A program made the position numbers and the translations under genes. DNA of 64,000 nucleotides, taken from Dehalococcoidia bacterium (GTDB lineage Bacteria > Chloroflexota > Dehalococcoidia > GIF9 > UBA5629). The first letter of the stretch is position 1; each line of letters opens with the position of its first letter. The notes beneath the pieces were generated by a model. That model was not told the origin of the DNA. It searched no databases and saw only the letters and a program-made list of their open reading frames with translations. Positions 1 through 10,076 of the stretch are shown here, piece by piece. Where the stretch lies: the NCBI GenBank assembly GCA_050011565.1, contig JBEKIW010000002.1, forward strand, positions 256,001 through 320,000, in the 5' to 3' direction.

Positions 1-1987
1 CCGGTGATGGTTCTTCGGTATTCACCAGCTTCTTCTCCCTGCCGTCCATCACCGTCCAGTCGTCCTCCTCCTTCCGGCTCAGATAGAGTCTTCTATACTT
101 AGCGGAATGAGGACCGAGGACTACTGGTATACCAAGGCGATTACAGCCCGTGGCAATAGACGCTGCCTTCTGAGAATAAGCTCCCCAGGCGAGGCCGCAG
201 GCACCGACCCGGTTCAAGATGTAGTCGGCTATAACCTCATAATTACCTCGCAAAGGCAGCGTGGCGAAGATGTTGGCTACCTTCATGGCAGCGCCGGTGA
301 TGTGGGCATTAGCTACACAGGAGCCGACGTTAAGCACGCCGCCGGCATCGAAGTTGGGCGGGTATTTCTCGTAAATAGTTTTGCCGTCTTTGTCCTTCTT
401 CATCCCGGCCACCATGGCCGAGCAGCCGCTGAGAACCACAATATATTTCCTCTTGGCGAATTCCTCAGCAATATCGGCTATCTCGGTGATTTCCTCAGGG
501 AAGTTGGAACAGCCGACGATGGCGATTATCCCGGGTATCGTTCCCAGTACAATGGGCGCTCCGACTTTTCGAATTTCCACATCCATAATAGGTCCTCGCC
601 CGGCGCGCATTTTCCATGTCTCCCAGCTGGCTGCCGCCTGCATCATCTTGATTATGGGCACATGGCGAGGGCATTCCTGGTCACATTTGCCGCAGCCGAT
701 GCATTTATTGAATACTTCGGTTAGCGGCTGGAGGTTGCCGTTCTTGGCCGCCTCGATAGCATCACCGACCGGAAGTAAGTTAGGGCAGACCTGGCTGCAC
801 ATATTGCACAGCTTATGGTCCTTAGCCAGATCCGGCACCTCTTCCGGTTTAACCAGTACCTTGTTTCTCTTCGGCGCCAGTTCCATGGCCACCCTGACAG
901 CTACTTCGGCAGCTTTATCCGGGTCGAATATCAATGTCTGCTTTCCATTCACCATTTCGCTGACTATTTCGTTGGCTTCCCTCTTGGTCACATCATCAAG
1001 CCCGTAGCATACCTTGTCATTGGTGGCAATCAAGGCGGTGCCTGCTTTGGCAGCCTCGACCGGCGTATCGCATCTGACACACTGCTCATCGGTGACGATA
1101 ACATCGGCGATGCCCGTCCTGACGAAAAATAACTGGCGGGACAGCGGGCCGACTACTTTAGCTCGATTGCTGTATCTGGCCACTTCCTGAGCCGTGCAGC
1201 AAATTCCGGCCACCTCTACCTTATCCTGCAGACCATTGGCATTTATATAATCGACAATGGGAATAGCTGTAACCGGGTTATGGCCTATTAAAAGGATGAC
1301 GGGCTTCGTCCTGTCCACCGCACCCCATCCCAGGTCAACCAGCGAAGTTTCAGCCACAGATGTCGGATAGCCGAAACCGACTATCTCGGCAATATCGGCG
1401 GCTTCCAGTGCCACGTGGTCTAACATGGAGATATGAAGCGCTTTCGACTCATAATCAAGTGCCGACCCCTCCTGACCCGTATGGAGCGCCGATACGCAGT
1501 GAATAAGCTGATTCTCCACGTACTCAATAGCTTTCTCCAGGTCACCCAAATTTTCGGGCTTCAGTCCCATGACCGTCCTTATATGTGGGGCTTCCACAAG
1601 TACCTGATCACCAAGGTTAATTTTATAGTCCGGTCCGTGTTTCTCAATTAAATATTGAAGTACGTGCCGGCCATGTCCGGCATGGGCTGCCGTACCCATA
1701 CAACATGCCATTAGCACAACCCTGGCTTGCTGAGCCGAAATATCGATGCCGCAAGCCCCTCTCTTATCCCCGGTGAGGTCGCATTTGCCGTAGGTACAAA
1801 AACAGCACAAATCACACATGGGGGCATAAAAAGGTTTGTAGGTCTTGAGCAACCTCATGTCCCAGTTTCTCAAGTCGGGCAGCTCGGGCATTGGAGTGTG
1901 TCCCACAGGCTCCCAATTGTCTTCCGCCCGTATTATCTCGTTAACTTTATCTTTCCGTGTATGTTTCTTCTTGGTTACTACCGCCAT
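1..1987 (-). CDS. cdhA: CO dehydrogenase/acetyl-CoA synthase complex alpha subunit, archaeal CdhA type (3' end runs off window)
   Basis: Not in ORF track. Both ends translated by hand: ATG 1987 (RBS GGAGGA) gives NWEPVGHTPMPELPDLRNWDMRLL..PMCDLCCFCTYGKCDL..GACGID; window edge gives IADYILNRVGACGLAWGAYSQKAASIATGCNRLGIPVVLGPH. Both are CdhA signatures. Confidence 0.9.
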   Translation of the reverse strand, partial: MAVVTKKKHTRKDKVNEIIRAEDNWEPVGHTPMPELPDLRNWDMRLLKTYKPFYAPMCDLCCFCTYGKCDLTGDKRGACGIDISAQQARVVLMACCMGTAAHAGHGRHVLQYLIEKHGPDYKINLGDQVLVEAPHIRTVMGLKPENLGDLEKAIEYVENQLIHCVSALHTGQEGSALDYESKALHISMLDHVALEAADIAEIVGFGYPTSVAETSLVDLGWGAVDRTKPVILLIGHNPVTAIPIVDYINANGLQDKVEVAGICCTAQEVARYSNRAKVVGPLSRQLFFVRTGIADVIVTDEQCVRCDTPVEAAKAGTALIATNDKVCYGLDDVTKREANEIVSEMVNGKQTLIFDPDKAAEVAVRVAMELAPKRNKVLVKPEEVPDLAKDHKLCNMCSQVCPNLLPVGDAIEAAKNGNLQPLTEVFNKCIGCGKCDQECPRHVPIIKMMQAAASWETWKMRAGRGPIMDVEIRKVGAPIVLGTIPGIIAIVGCSNFPEEITEIADIAEEFAKRKYIVVLSGCSAMVAGMKKDKDGKTIYEKYPPNFDAGGVLNVGSCVANAHITGAAMKVANIFATLPLRGNYEVIADYILNRVGACGLAWGAYSQKAASIATGCNRLGIPVVLGPHSAKYRRLYLSRKEEDDWTVMDGREKKLVNTEEPSP

Positions 1988-2055
1988 TATTAGTTCCTCC
2001 TTCTAACAGGCTGTGATAGACGGAATTATAGTACTATTAGGAATAATTATCAATA

Positions 2056-2961
2056 CTATATTTTGCCGTCAATAGCCTCTTTTATAAGCTTAAGGCTTTC
2101 AGGTTGGCGCAGTACCAGTATATTTGCGCCAGCCAAGAGCAGGCTGAGAGCAGTAACGCATTCCCATAAAAGCCCCTGCTTTTCGTTCTCTTTAGCCTGT
2201 TTGGTTTTCCCTGACTCGCTGCCCAGGTCAGCGATAATCGGCATCTGCATCGTATTATCGCCAAACATGACGCCAATGTGCTTCGTTCTCTCCATTATGG
2301 TAAAGCTGTATTCCATGCCATAGCCTAGAGCCGAACTCAGCGGGTCGATGACTATCCGCTCACGCGGGAAAGTCTTCAACAGCTTCACATTCAGTTCTTT
2401 CTCCAGGTTTATATCCAGTGGAGACTGAGCGATTATGCAGTGCCCGTGCTCTAAAGCGGCTTTGGCTATGGGCTCGTAGTTCTCCTTTGCCACCGGGCCC
2501 ACAAGAAGGTTCTCGCCGGCGCAGGCTTCCGCCACCTTGGTCAGGACCTCGATATCCTTCTTCTCATCCCCGGAACCGTAGACAATAAGCGGTGTTTTTA
2601 TAGCCGAGGCTACCTGCTTAACCACCGCGGCCGCCTTGTCCGCCGGGGCATTATCTCCGGCCGGGTCGGTACTCACCAGCCGCAGGCAAACCAGGTCGGC
2701 GCCGAACTCGAGGCACTTCTTCGCCCATGCCACCGGGTCGGAAAGAACGCCTTCATAAGGCCGGCGTTCCCATTCAGTCCAGGTCTTTGGCTCGGAATCA
2801 AAGACTTCCAATGCCAGTCGCGGCCGATTTTCTATGTTGCCCTCAAAAAAATGAAAGGGAAGAACGTTCTCCTCTCCAATCTTTAAAGCTTTCTCCCCCT
2901 TGCCAATCACCACCTCGGCTACTCTTCCAGAATAGGTTTCCAAAGGTGCTTTATAGTCCAT
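2056..2961 (-). CDS. acsD: Corrinoid Fe-S protein small subunit (CFeSP delta)
   Basis: IGEENVLPFHFFEG, PRLALEVFD, ALGYGMEYSFTIMER motifs; next to cdhA and acsE. Confidence 0.92.
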   Translation of the reverse strand: MDYKAPLETYSGRVAEVVIGKGEKALKIGEENVLPFHFFEGNIENRPRLALEVFDSEPKTWTEWERRPYEGVLSDPVAWAKKCLEFGADLVCLRLVSTDPAGDNAPADKAAAVVKQVASAIKTPLIVYGSGDEKKDIEVLTKVAEACAGENLLVGPVAKENYEPIAKAALEHGHCIIAQSPLDINLEKELNVKLLKTFPRERIVIDPLSSALGYGMEYSFTIMERTKHIGVMFGDNTMQMPIIADLGSESGKTKQAKENEKQGLLWECVTALSLLLAGANILVLRQPESLKLIKEAIDGKI

Positions 2962-2983
2962 CGTTCGCTCCTTTTAATTACTT

Positions 2984-3862
2984 CTAGCTCTCAAGCCAGG
3001 CGTGAGAATAAAGCGTCCCACCCATAAGAACCTTGGCGGTTTTCACGTAATCCTGTTCCTCTTTTGACAGGGAACCCATATCTACGGATTCGCTATCCAT
3101 GGTCTTATAGATAAGGTCGACAATTTTGGGAAGTTCACCCTTGTTCAATCGGACAAGGTCCTTGTCCAACACATCGGCAATCGCCGAGTAAAGTCCGCTT
3201 CTGCCCAGCATCACCATATAAGTGCGGTTAAGTATGCCCCTGAGTTCCTCGGGCGTTCCGTTGGACACATTGGACAGCCCGACTGTTGACTTGACGCCGG
3301 GTAGCAGGTCAGCCAGCATGCTTATGAAGTCCAGGGCTTCCCTGACCTGTTTCTGGTCAGCGCTGACCGGCAAAATAATGGGGTCAACCCAGATGTCTTC
3401 GTTGGGAATTCCCATCTCGTTGGCGAGCGCCACCGTTTCCATAATACTTTCAATCCTGGAATCAATATCGGGTGGGCATCCTTTGTCGGTAAGAACGGAA
3501 ATAACTACGTTGGTATTATATTTCTTAGCTAGAGGCAACATGCGTTCTTTGCTATCGGTCCTCCCGGAGGCCGAATTAAGCAGAGGTCTTTTCTTGCAGG
3601 CTTTGAGGCCGGCTTCCATGGCCACAGGATTTAAGGTATCCACGGAAACAGGTAAATCGCTAACCCCCTGAATCGTATTAACCAGCCACTGCGTTACTTC
3701 CTCGGGGTCTCTCTTCGCCGGTCCCAGATTCAAGTCAATGTAGTCTGCTCCGGCGGCGGTCTGGGTCTTGGCTAAGTCCTGTATTACCTGTTGATTGCGT
3801 TCCTTGACAGCGTCATTGACGTCCTTGGAAATAATGTGAATGCTCTCGCCGATTAAGACCAT
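2984..3862 (-). CDS. acsE: Methyltetrahydrofolate:corrinoid Fe-S protein methyltransferase
   Basis: Pterin-binding barrel: LIGESIH, IDLNLG, WVDP, STVGLSNVS; start moved to ATG 3862. Confidence 0.88.
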   Translation of the reverse strand: MVLIGESIHIISKDVNDAVKERNQQVIQDLAKTQTAAGADYIDLNLGPAKRDPEEVTQWLVNTIQGVSDLPVSVDTLNPVAMEAGLKACKKRPLLNSASGRTDSKERMLPLAKKYNTNVVISVLTDKGCPPDIDSRIESIMETVALANEMGIPNEDIWVDPIILPVSADQKQVREALDFISMLADLLPGVKSTVGLSNVSNGTPEELRGILNRTYMVMLGRSGLYSAIADVLDKDLVRLNKGELPKIVDLIYKTMDSESVDMGSLSKEEQDYVKTAKVLMGGTLYSHAWLES

Positions 3863-4030
3863 AATTTGCCCCCCCTTTTGTGAATTAGGTCTAAAACCGC
3901 ATAATTGTAGCATTTCACTATTTGAGCGTCAACAGCATTTGTACCTAATCAAGTAAGGTACACCAGTCGCAGCTGCATAATTGAAAGCTTCTGACGTTGA
4001 CAGCTATAATTGACATTTGTGAGCCAAAAA

Positions 4031-5866
4031 ATGAACAGCCTGGATGACATTCTTTATGAGGTCTCCAGGCCAGCTCGCTACAGCGGAGGCGAATGGAACA
4101 GCAGGGTTAAAGACTGGCAGGCAACCCGAGTCCGAATCGCCCTGGCTTTTCCCGACGTATACGAAATTGGCATGTCCAATCTGGCGCTGCCTATCCTCTA
4201 CAAAATAATCAATGACCAGCCCGACACCCTGGCTGAAAGAGTCTATGCCCCCTGGGTCGACATGGAGGTTCTCCTGCGACAGAATAAAATCGCGCTGTTC
4301 GGCCTGGAGACAAGACACCCTCTGAAAGATTTCGACGTTATCGGCTTTTCCCTCGGCTATGAGCTTACCTATACCAATGTGCTGAATATGCTCGACCTGG
4401 CTAAAATCCCGCTTTTCAGTCACCAGAGGAACAATTCGTATCCGCTGATAGTGGCCGGCGGCAGCTGCGCCCTAAACCCGGAGCCGATGGCCGATTTCAT
4501 AGACCTGTTTGTTATCGGCGAGGCTGAAGAGGTCATATTGAAACTATTAGGTGTGTTCAGGGCTTTCAAAGGCAATAAGAAAAAACTGCTGGTAGAAGCC
4601 GCCGGTCTGGCCGGTGTCTATGTACCGAGCTTGTATGAAGCGTCCTACCACAAAGACGGCACTTTCGCCGGTATAATCCCAAAAACGACCGAAGTTAAGC
4701 TGCCAATTAAGCGCCAGATAATAGATAAATTGCCACCGCCGGTTACGGACCCGGTGGTACCTAACATCAGAGTAGTTCATGACCGTGGAGCCGTCGAAAT
4801 CCAGCGGGGATGCAGCCGGGGTTGTCGCTTCTGCCAGGCCGGGATGATTTACCGGCCGGTCCGTGAACTTCCGGAGGAACAAGTAACCGACGCCGTGGCA
4901 GCGCTGGTGAGCAGCTGCGGGTATAGCGAAGTTTCCCTGGTGTCGCTCAGCACCGGTGATTATCGCGATATTAGCGGACTGATTGGGCAGCTGAGCCGCA
5001 AGTACAGCCGGGACAACCTTATCCTTTCCTTACCCAGCTTGCGAATTGACACATCGTCGATAGAGCTAATAGAGTCACTACCCCATCGCCGCAAGACCAC
5101 ACTTACCTTCGCCCCCGAAGCTGGAACCGAAAGGCTGCGGCGGGCTATAAACAAAAATATCTCTGAAGAGGCGATGTTCAACACCTTCGCCGCCGCCTTC
5201 GAAAAAGGATGGTTTAATCTAAAGCTATATTTTATGGTCGGGCTGCCCACTGAGACCATTGAAGACGTGGAGGGCATAGTAGATTTTGTTGCCAGGACCT
5301 CCCAGCTGGGCAGGAAGTTGCGAAACAGAGCGCCGGGACTGAGGGTCAGTGTCGCCACCTTTGTCCCCAAGCCCCACACCCCCTGCCAATGGCTAGCTCA
5401 GAATACGGAAGATGAGCTAACTCCTAAACATGAACTGCTCAAGCAAGGCTTGCGCCGGCTTGGAGTCCACCTTTCGTGGCAAGACACGAAAACCAGCCAG
5501 CTTGAAGCGGCTCTATCCCGCGGCGACCGCAGGCTCGGCAAAATTATACACAGGGCGTGGGAACTGGGCAATAGGTTCGATGCCTGGCAGGAATGTTTTA
5601 ACTACGGCAACTGGTTAAAGGCGTTCCAGGAAAACGAGCTTGACCCCGCCTTCTATGCCAATCGGGAGCGACCCTTAGAAGAGATATTGCCCTGGCAGCA
5701 CATAGATACCGGAGTAACCCAAAACTTCCTCAAGAAGGAATACCAAGGTATGCGCCTGGGCAAGAATACCTCCGATTGTCGTCATGGGGCGTGTAATGCC
5801 TGCGGGCTGCAGCGACGGCACCCCGATTGCCGGAAAAAATTCAAAACAAGGGACAAATTGATATAA
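4031..5866 (+). CDS. B12-binding radical SAM protein (TIGR03960-like)
   Basis: PARYSGGEWN, FPDVYEIGMS, RGCSRGCRFC (CxxxCxxC), FVPKPHTP. Confidence 0.88.
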   Translation: MNSLDDILYEVSRPARYSGGEWNSRVKDWQATRVRIALAFPDVYEIGMSNLALPILYKIINDQPDTLAERVYAPWVDMEVLLRQNKIALFGLETRHPLKDFDVIGFSLGYELTYTNVLNMLDLAKIPLFSHQRNNSYPLIVAGGSCALNPEPMADFIDLFVIGEAEEVILKLLGVFRAFKGNKKKLLVEAAGLAGVYVPSLYEASYHKDGTFAGIIPKTTEVKLPIKRQIIDKLPPPVTDPVVPNIRVVHDRGAVEIQRGCSRGCRFCQAGMIYRPVRELPEEQVTDAVAALVSSCGYSEVSLVSLSTGDYRDISGLIGQLSRKYSRDNLILSLPSLRIDTSSIELIESLPHRRKTTLTFAPEAGTERLRRAINKNISEEAMFNTFAAAFEKGWFNLKLYFMVGLPTETIEDVEGIVDFVARTSQLGRKLRNRAPGLRVSVATFVPKPHTPCQWLAQNTEDELTPKHELLKQGLRRLGVHLSWQDTKTSQLEAALSRGDRRLGKIIHRAWELGNRFDAWQECFNYGNWLKAFQENELDPAFYANRERPLEEILPWQHIDTGVTQNFLKKEYQGMRLGKNTSDCRHGACNACGLQRRHPDCRKKFKTRDKLI

Positions 5867-5897
5867 TGTATTTATATCACTCTTAGAGGAGGGGGCA

Positions 5898-7820
5898 ATG
5901 GTATCACCATCTTTTCCTTCAGAAGAAACGTATTGGCCGTTCAAGAAATATATGGATATGTATAACCGGTCAATACAAGACCCGGAACGTTTCTGGGCTG
6001 AGGAGGCCCGTAAGCTGGACTGGTTCAAGACCTGGGACAAAGTCCTCGACTGGCAACCGCCTTTTGCCCGCTGGTTTGAAGGTGGCAGGTTAAATGCCAG
6101 CTATCAATGCGTTGACCGTCATGTTAAAACATGGCGAAGAAGCAAGGTTGCCATATACTGGGAAGGAGAGCTGGGCGATAGCCAGGTCTTAAGCTATTCC
6201 ACATTGTACCGCTGGGTCAATAAATTCGCTTCAGTCCTCAAAAATCTGGGTGTCAATAAAGGAGATACGGTCGTCCTATATCTGCCGATGATTCCCGAGC
6301 TACCTATATTCATGCTCGCCTGCGCCAGAATAGGAGCCCCACATACCGTGGTATTCTCCGGCTTTAGCGCTCAGGCACTGGCCGACAGGATTAACGATCT
6401 CCAGGCCAAAGTTCTGGTCACCGCAGACGCCGGCTTCAGAAGAGGTAAACACCTGGAACTGAAGAACATCAGCGACGAAGCCGTAAGCCTATCGCCTTCA
6501 ATTGAAAAGGTGGTGGTGGCTAGAAGGGCAGGTATAGACATCAACATGAAACCGGGGCGAGACGTCTGGCTACACGAATTGCTAGATGATGCCAGCTCCT
6601 TCGTGCCCGCTGAACCGGTTGAGGCCACCCATCCCCTTTACATCCTCTATACTTCAGGTACCACCGGAAAGCCTAAGGGCATTGTCCATGGCACCGGCGG
6701 CTACCTCGTTTTCACTAATTCCGGCTACGAATGGGTCTTTAATGTAAAGGAGGAATCCGTTTACTGGTGCACCGCCGATGTGGGCTGGGTCACCGGGCAC
6801 AGCTCCATAGTCTATGGTCCCTTGTGCCACGGCGCTGCCATCGTCCTTTATGAAGGAGCTCCTGATTACCCCTCGGTAGATAGATGGTGGGACATCGTAG
6901 AGAAATATGGAGTTTCTATATTTTATACCTCGCCTACCGGCATCAGGATGCTTATGAAATATGGCGAAGATGTGGTCAAGAAACACGACCTGAGCAGCTT
7001 GGAGCTACTGGGCAGTGTTGGAGAAGCCATAAACCCCGAAGCCTGGCAATGGTATTACAAGGTCATCGGCGGCGAAAGATGTCCTATAGTAGACACCTGG
7101 TGGCAAACTGAAACCGGCGGTACTATGATATCGCCAACCCCAGGCATAGAGTCAGTACCTCTTAAGCCGGGCTCAGCAACCTTCCCCCTGCCCGGGGTCA
7201 ATGCCGATATATTTGATGAAAGCGGTAAATCAGTGCCATCCGGAGAGAAAGGCTATCTGGTTATAAAATCACCCTGGCCGGGGATGCTCACGGGCATTCA
7301 CGGAGACCCGCAAAGGTACCAGGAGACCTACTGGTCTAAATTCCCCGGCATGTTCTATACCGGCGACTATGCCATCAAGGACAAAGATGGCTACTACTGG
7401 TTGCTGGGCAGAGCCGATGAAGTCCTCAAAATAGCCGGGCATAGAATAGGCACCATAGAGATAGAAGATGCTGTTGTATCTCACGAAGCTGTAGTTGAGG
7501 CGGCTGTAGCCAGCAGGCCAGACGAGGTTAAGGGCGAATGCGTGGTCGTCTTCGCTACACTTAAGCAAGGGGTAGAACCCTCTCAGGAACTCAAGAACAA
7601 GATAAAGCAGCACATACGTAAGACGATGGGGCCTGTAGTCACTCCCGACGAAATCTACTTTGTCACCAAATTGCCCAAGACAAGGAGTGGCAAAATAATG
7701 AGACGAGTTCTCAAGGCAGTAGCCAGCGGTACCGCGATTGGCGACTTGACTACCCTTGAGGACGGAACCTCTGTGGACGAGGTGAAGAAAGCCTTCGAGG
7801 AGCTTCAGAAAAAGGTGTAG
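5898..7820 (+). CDS. acs: Acetyl-CoA synthetase (AMP-forming)
   Basis: YTSGTTGKPKG, DTWWQTETG, PKTRSGKIMRR motifs. Confidence 0.95.
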   Translation: MVSPSFPSEETYWPFKKYMDMYNRSIQDPERFWAEEARKLDWFKTWDKVLDWQPPFARWFEGGRLNASYQCVDRHVKTWRRSKVAIYWEGELGDSQVLSYSTLYRWVNKFASVLKNLGVNKGDTVVLYLPMIPELPIFMLACARIGAPHTVVFSGFSAQALADRINDLQAKVLVTADAGFRRGKHLELKNISDEAVSLSPSIEKVVVARRAGIDINMKPGRDVWLHELLDDASSFVPAEPVEATHPLYILYTSGTTGKPKGIVHGTGGYLVFTNSGYEWVFNVKEESVYWCTADVGWVTGHSSIVYGPLCHGAAIVLYEGAPDYPSVDRWWDIVEKYGVSIFYTSPTGIRMLMKYGEDVVKKHDLSSLELLGSVGEAINPEAWQWYYKVIGGERCPIVDTWWQTETGGTMISPTPGIESVPLKPGSATFPLPGVNADIFDESGKSVPSGEKGYLVIKSPWPGMLTGIHGDPQRYQETYWSKFPGMFYTGDYAIKDKDGYYWLLGRADEVLKIAGHRIGTIEIEDAVVSHEAVVEAAVASRPDEVKGECVVVFATLKQGVEPSQELKNKIKQHIRKTMGPVVTPDEIYFVTKLPKTRSGKIMRRVLKAVASGTAIGDLTTLEDGTSVDEVKKAFEELQKKV

Positions 7821-7830
7821 AGGGCACATT

Positions 7831-7869
7831 CCTTCCCCCTCGACGGGGGAGGGCTGGCGTGGGTATGAA
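7831..7869. repeat. REP-like palindrome (CCCCCTC..GGGGAGGG family)
   Basis: ccttccccctcgacgggggagggc hairpin just after acs; related sequences at ~17615 and ~20249. Confidence 0.5.
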
Positions 7870-7870
7870 C

Positions 7871-7899
7871 TTGACATATATATTAAAAACAGCTAATCT
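7871..7899 (+). promoter_or_regulatory. sigma70-type promoter of rplY
   Basis: TTGACA-17bp-TAATCT. Confidence 0.6.
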
Positions 7900-7932
7900 C
7901 TATGTTTTGGACTCAATATATGAGGTTACGAT

Positions 7933-8613
7933 ATGAAACGACATGAACTCGAAGTTTCTAAAAGAGAAATAACGGGCAAGAAAGTGAGATTTCTGCGCCG
8001 TCAAGGTATTGTTCCGGCCCATATTTACGGACACGGCATCGAATCCACTTCCATAAATGTAGACACCAGAAGCCTCAAACATCTGCTGGCCCATGTTGGC
8101 CAGACCGACCTAATATCCCTCAAAGTTGACAACTCAAAGGACCCTGTAAGGGTGTTAATGCGCGAGATTCAGAGGAACCCTCTTAACGATGAGCCTCTCC
8201 ACGTGGACTTCTACCAGGTCAGTATGACCGAAAAGATTAAAACAGAGGTCCCACTGGTGTTCATCGGGGAAGCACCGGTGCTGAAGAAGGTCAAGAACAG
8301 CTCCATATTCCATTTAATTGACTCCCTATATATCGAAGCCTTACCCGATGACTTACCTCACAGCTTCGAGGTCGATGTTTCACATCTGGAAGAACTCGAT
8401 CACACCATCCATGTCAAAGATATACCTCTTGGCCCTGGAATAACGCTTCTTAGTGACCCTGAACAGATGGCAGTTAAAGTAGCCGAAGCTCGTAAAGAGG
8501 AGGAGGTGGTACCTGCGGTGGTTGAGGCCGAGCTTAAGGAAGAGGGTGCGGAAGAAGTGGGAGAGGCTGAAGCTGGGGCTGAGGCCGAAGCGGGTGCTGA
8601 AGAAGAAAAGTAA
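7933..8613 (+). CDS. rplY: 50S ribosomal protein L25/CTC (long form, acidic tail)
   Basis: LRRQGIVPAHIYG, HVDFY motifs. Confidence 0.93.
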   Translation: MKRHELEVSKREITGKKVRFLRRQGIVPAHIYGHGIESTSINVDTRSLKHLLAHVGQTDLISLKVDNSKDPVRVLMREIQRNPLNDEPLHVDFYQVSMTEKIKTEVPLVFIGEAPVLKKVKNSSIFHLIDSLYIEALPDDLPHSFEVDVSHLEELDHTIHVKDIPLGPGITLLSDPEQMAVKVAEARKEEEVVPAVVEAELKEEGAEEVGEAEAGAEAEAGAEEEK

Positions 8614-8651
8614 ATTCCAGCATTCAGGATTTACTATCGCAGCCTGCAGCG

Positions 8652-8766
8652 CTATCTGCCTTCGGTAAATATGCGGTTTATGGCAATATTCAACTGCTTG
8701 CCATCAAACGGCTTGGTAATATAGGGTGATTTAGCCTTAGACAGAAAAGCCATTGTATGCGCCACC
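8652..8766 (-). pseudogene. Remnant of a response-regulator receiver domain C-terminus
   Basis: Manual translation VAHTMAFLSKAKSPYITKPFDGKQLNIAINRIFTEGR*; contains the receiver KPF motif but not the rest of the domain. Confidence 0.5.
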
Positions 8767-8777
8767 TGCCGCTGGAA

Positions 8778-9575
8778 TTAGCTATGCGCTGGGATAAAGT
8801 CGCGCAAAGCCTGTAAGTACGGTTGCATACCGCCTGACATAATGGTATTGTGGTCGACCCCGGGGATTATGATAAGGCGCTTGTCTTCAGCAGCAATGAT
8901 TTCATAAAGCGCCTTGCCCTCCTCGACAGGCACAATCTGGTCATACTCACCATGAATAATTAATGTGGGAAGAGAAATCTTCCCCAGTAGTTCCAAGCTA
9001 TAAGGCGCCCTGGGCACAATAACTCCAAGAGATTCCAGCGGAAAGCCTAAATACTTTAACAGGTTAAATACGTTGGAAAAGCCGCTCTCTATAATCAAAC
9101 CATTCAGTTGACTCTGGTAATTGGAAGCCAGCTCGATGGCAGACGCACTGCCCAGAGAACGACCCATAATGAACAGGTTTCCTGAAAATCCCCCGTCTTT
9201 CAAAACTCGCTTAAAGCCTTCAAAGATGGGATGAGCATCTTTTATCATATTACTAAGCGTAGGCTTGCCCCCGCTACTGCCGTAGCCCCGGTAATCAGCC
9301 ACAAAAAGATTGAGTCCAGTCTGATTATAGATAGACCCAATCGGCAAATAATCGCTGGCTATTTCCCCGTTACCGTGAAAGAAAAGTATATTCGGGTTAT
9401 TCTTTTCCCCGACATAGAAGCCATAAGAAATTGAAACAGCCTCATCAACAGGAATTGAGCCGCCGATAACGTTATCGTCGGCAGATTTCTCCAAAAAATC
9501 CCGACGCGGGTAAAAGATAAATTGAAGAATTTCCGGCCTGTCCAGCGCTTCAAGCTCCGGCCACGGCTTCGCCAT
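8778..9575 (-). CDS. Alpha/beta hydrolase (ABHD13/BEM46-like)
   Basis: FHGNGE, DYRGYG, GRSLG nucleophile, HG..D and H of catalytic triad. Confidence 0.85.
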   Translation of the reverse strand: MAKPWPELEALDRPEILQFIFYPRRDFLEKSADDNVIGGSIPVDEAVSISYGFYVGEKNNPNILFFHGNGEIASDYLPIGSIYNQTGLNLFVADYRGYGSSGGKPTLSNMIKDAHPIFEGFKRVLKDGGFSGNLFIMGRSLGSASAIELASNYQSQLNGLIIESGFSNVFNLLKYLGFPLESLGVIVPRAPYSLELLGKISLPTLIIHGEYDQIVPVEEGKALYEIIAAEDKRLIIIPGVDHNTIMSGGMQPYLQALRDFIPAHS

Positions 9576-9591
9576 TTCTTGCTCCCTTACC

Positions 9592-10059
9592 TCAAATCCT
9601 CAGTATTTCGCCTTTGGTATCCTCATCAATTGTGAGGATACCAAAAGACTGCCATCCCGGGCCGGGGTTAAAGAAGAGAACTTCTCCAATCTGTTCAATC
9701 TTTGCCCGATGGCTATGTCCATATATGATAATATCCACGTCGCCGAGCAGGTCTTTCACCCTGTTTTCTATTCCTGCCGGGCTGCCCCAGCCGTGGGTAA
9801 TCCCAATTTTCTTACTTCCGACCATAAAAATCTCCTTCTCCGGTAACAGGCTTCTGAGCTTCATCGAATCGACATTGCCGTGTACTGCCTTCACTTCGCC
9901 CAGTTGCTTTAGCCCATCGAGAACCTCTGAGCCAACAAAGTCGCCGGCATGAACAATCAAATCCACCCTCGAAAATGCCCTAACAACCTTGGCCGATATT
10001 TCCTCAGCCAGATGAATATGGGTATCTGAAAGCACACCTATCCTCACCAACGTCTCCAT
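9592..10059 (-). CDS. Metallophosphoesterase, YfcE/MJ0936 family
   Basis: SDTH, HAGD, GNVD, GHSH, NPG motifs. Confidence 0.88.
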   Translation of the reverse strand: METLVRIGVLSDTHIHLAEEISAKVVRAFSRVDLIVHAGDFVGSEVLDGLKQLGEVKAVHGNVDSMKLRSLLPEKEIFMVGSKKIGITHGWGSPAGIENRVKDLLGDVDIIIYGHSHRAKIEQIGEVLFFNPGPGWQSFGILTIDEDTKGEILRI

Positions 10060-10076
10060 AAAGATAAAACAGGGTT

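Noticed and set aside
107-1993. + strand ORFs (107-724, 381-1007, 815-1132, 1433-1651, 1727-1993)
   Set aside because: Antisense shadows of cdhA.
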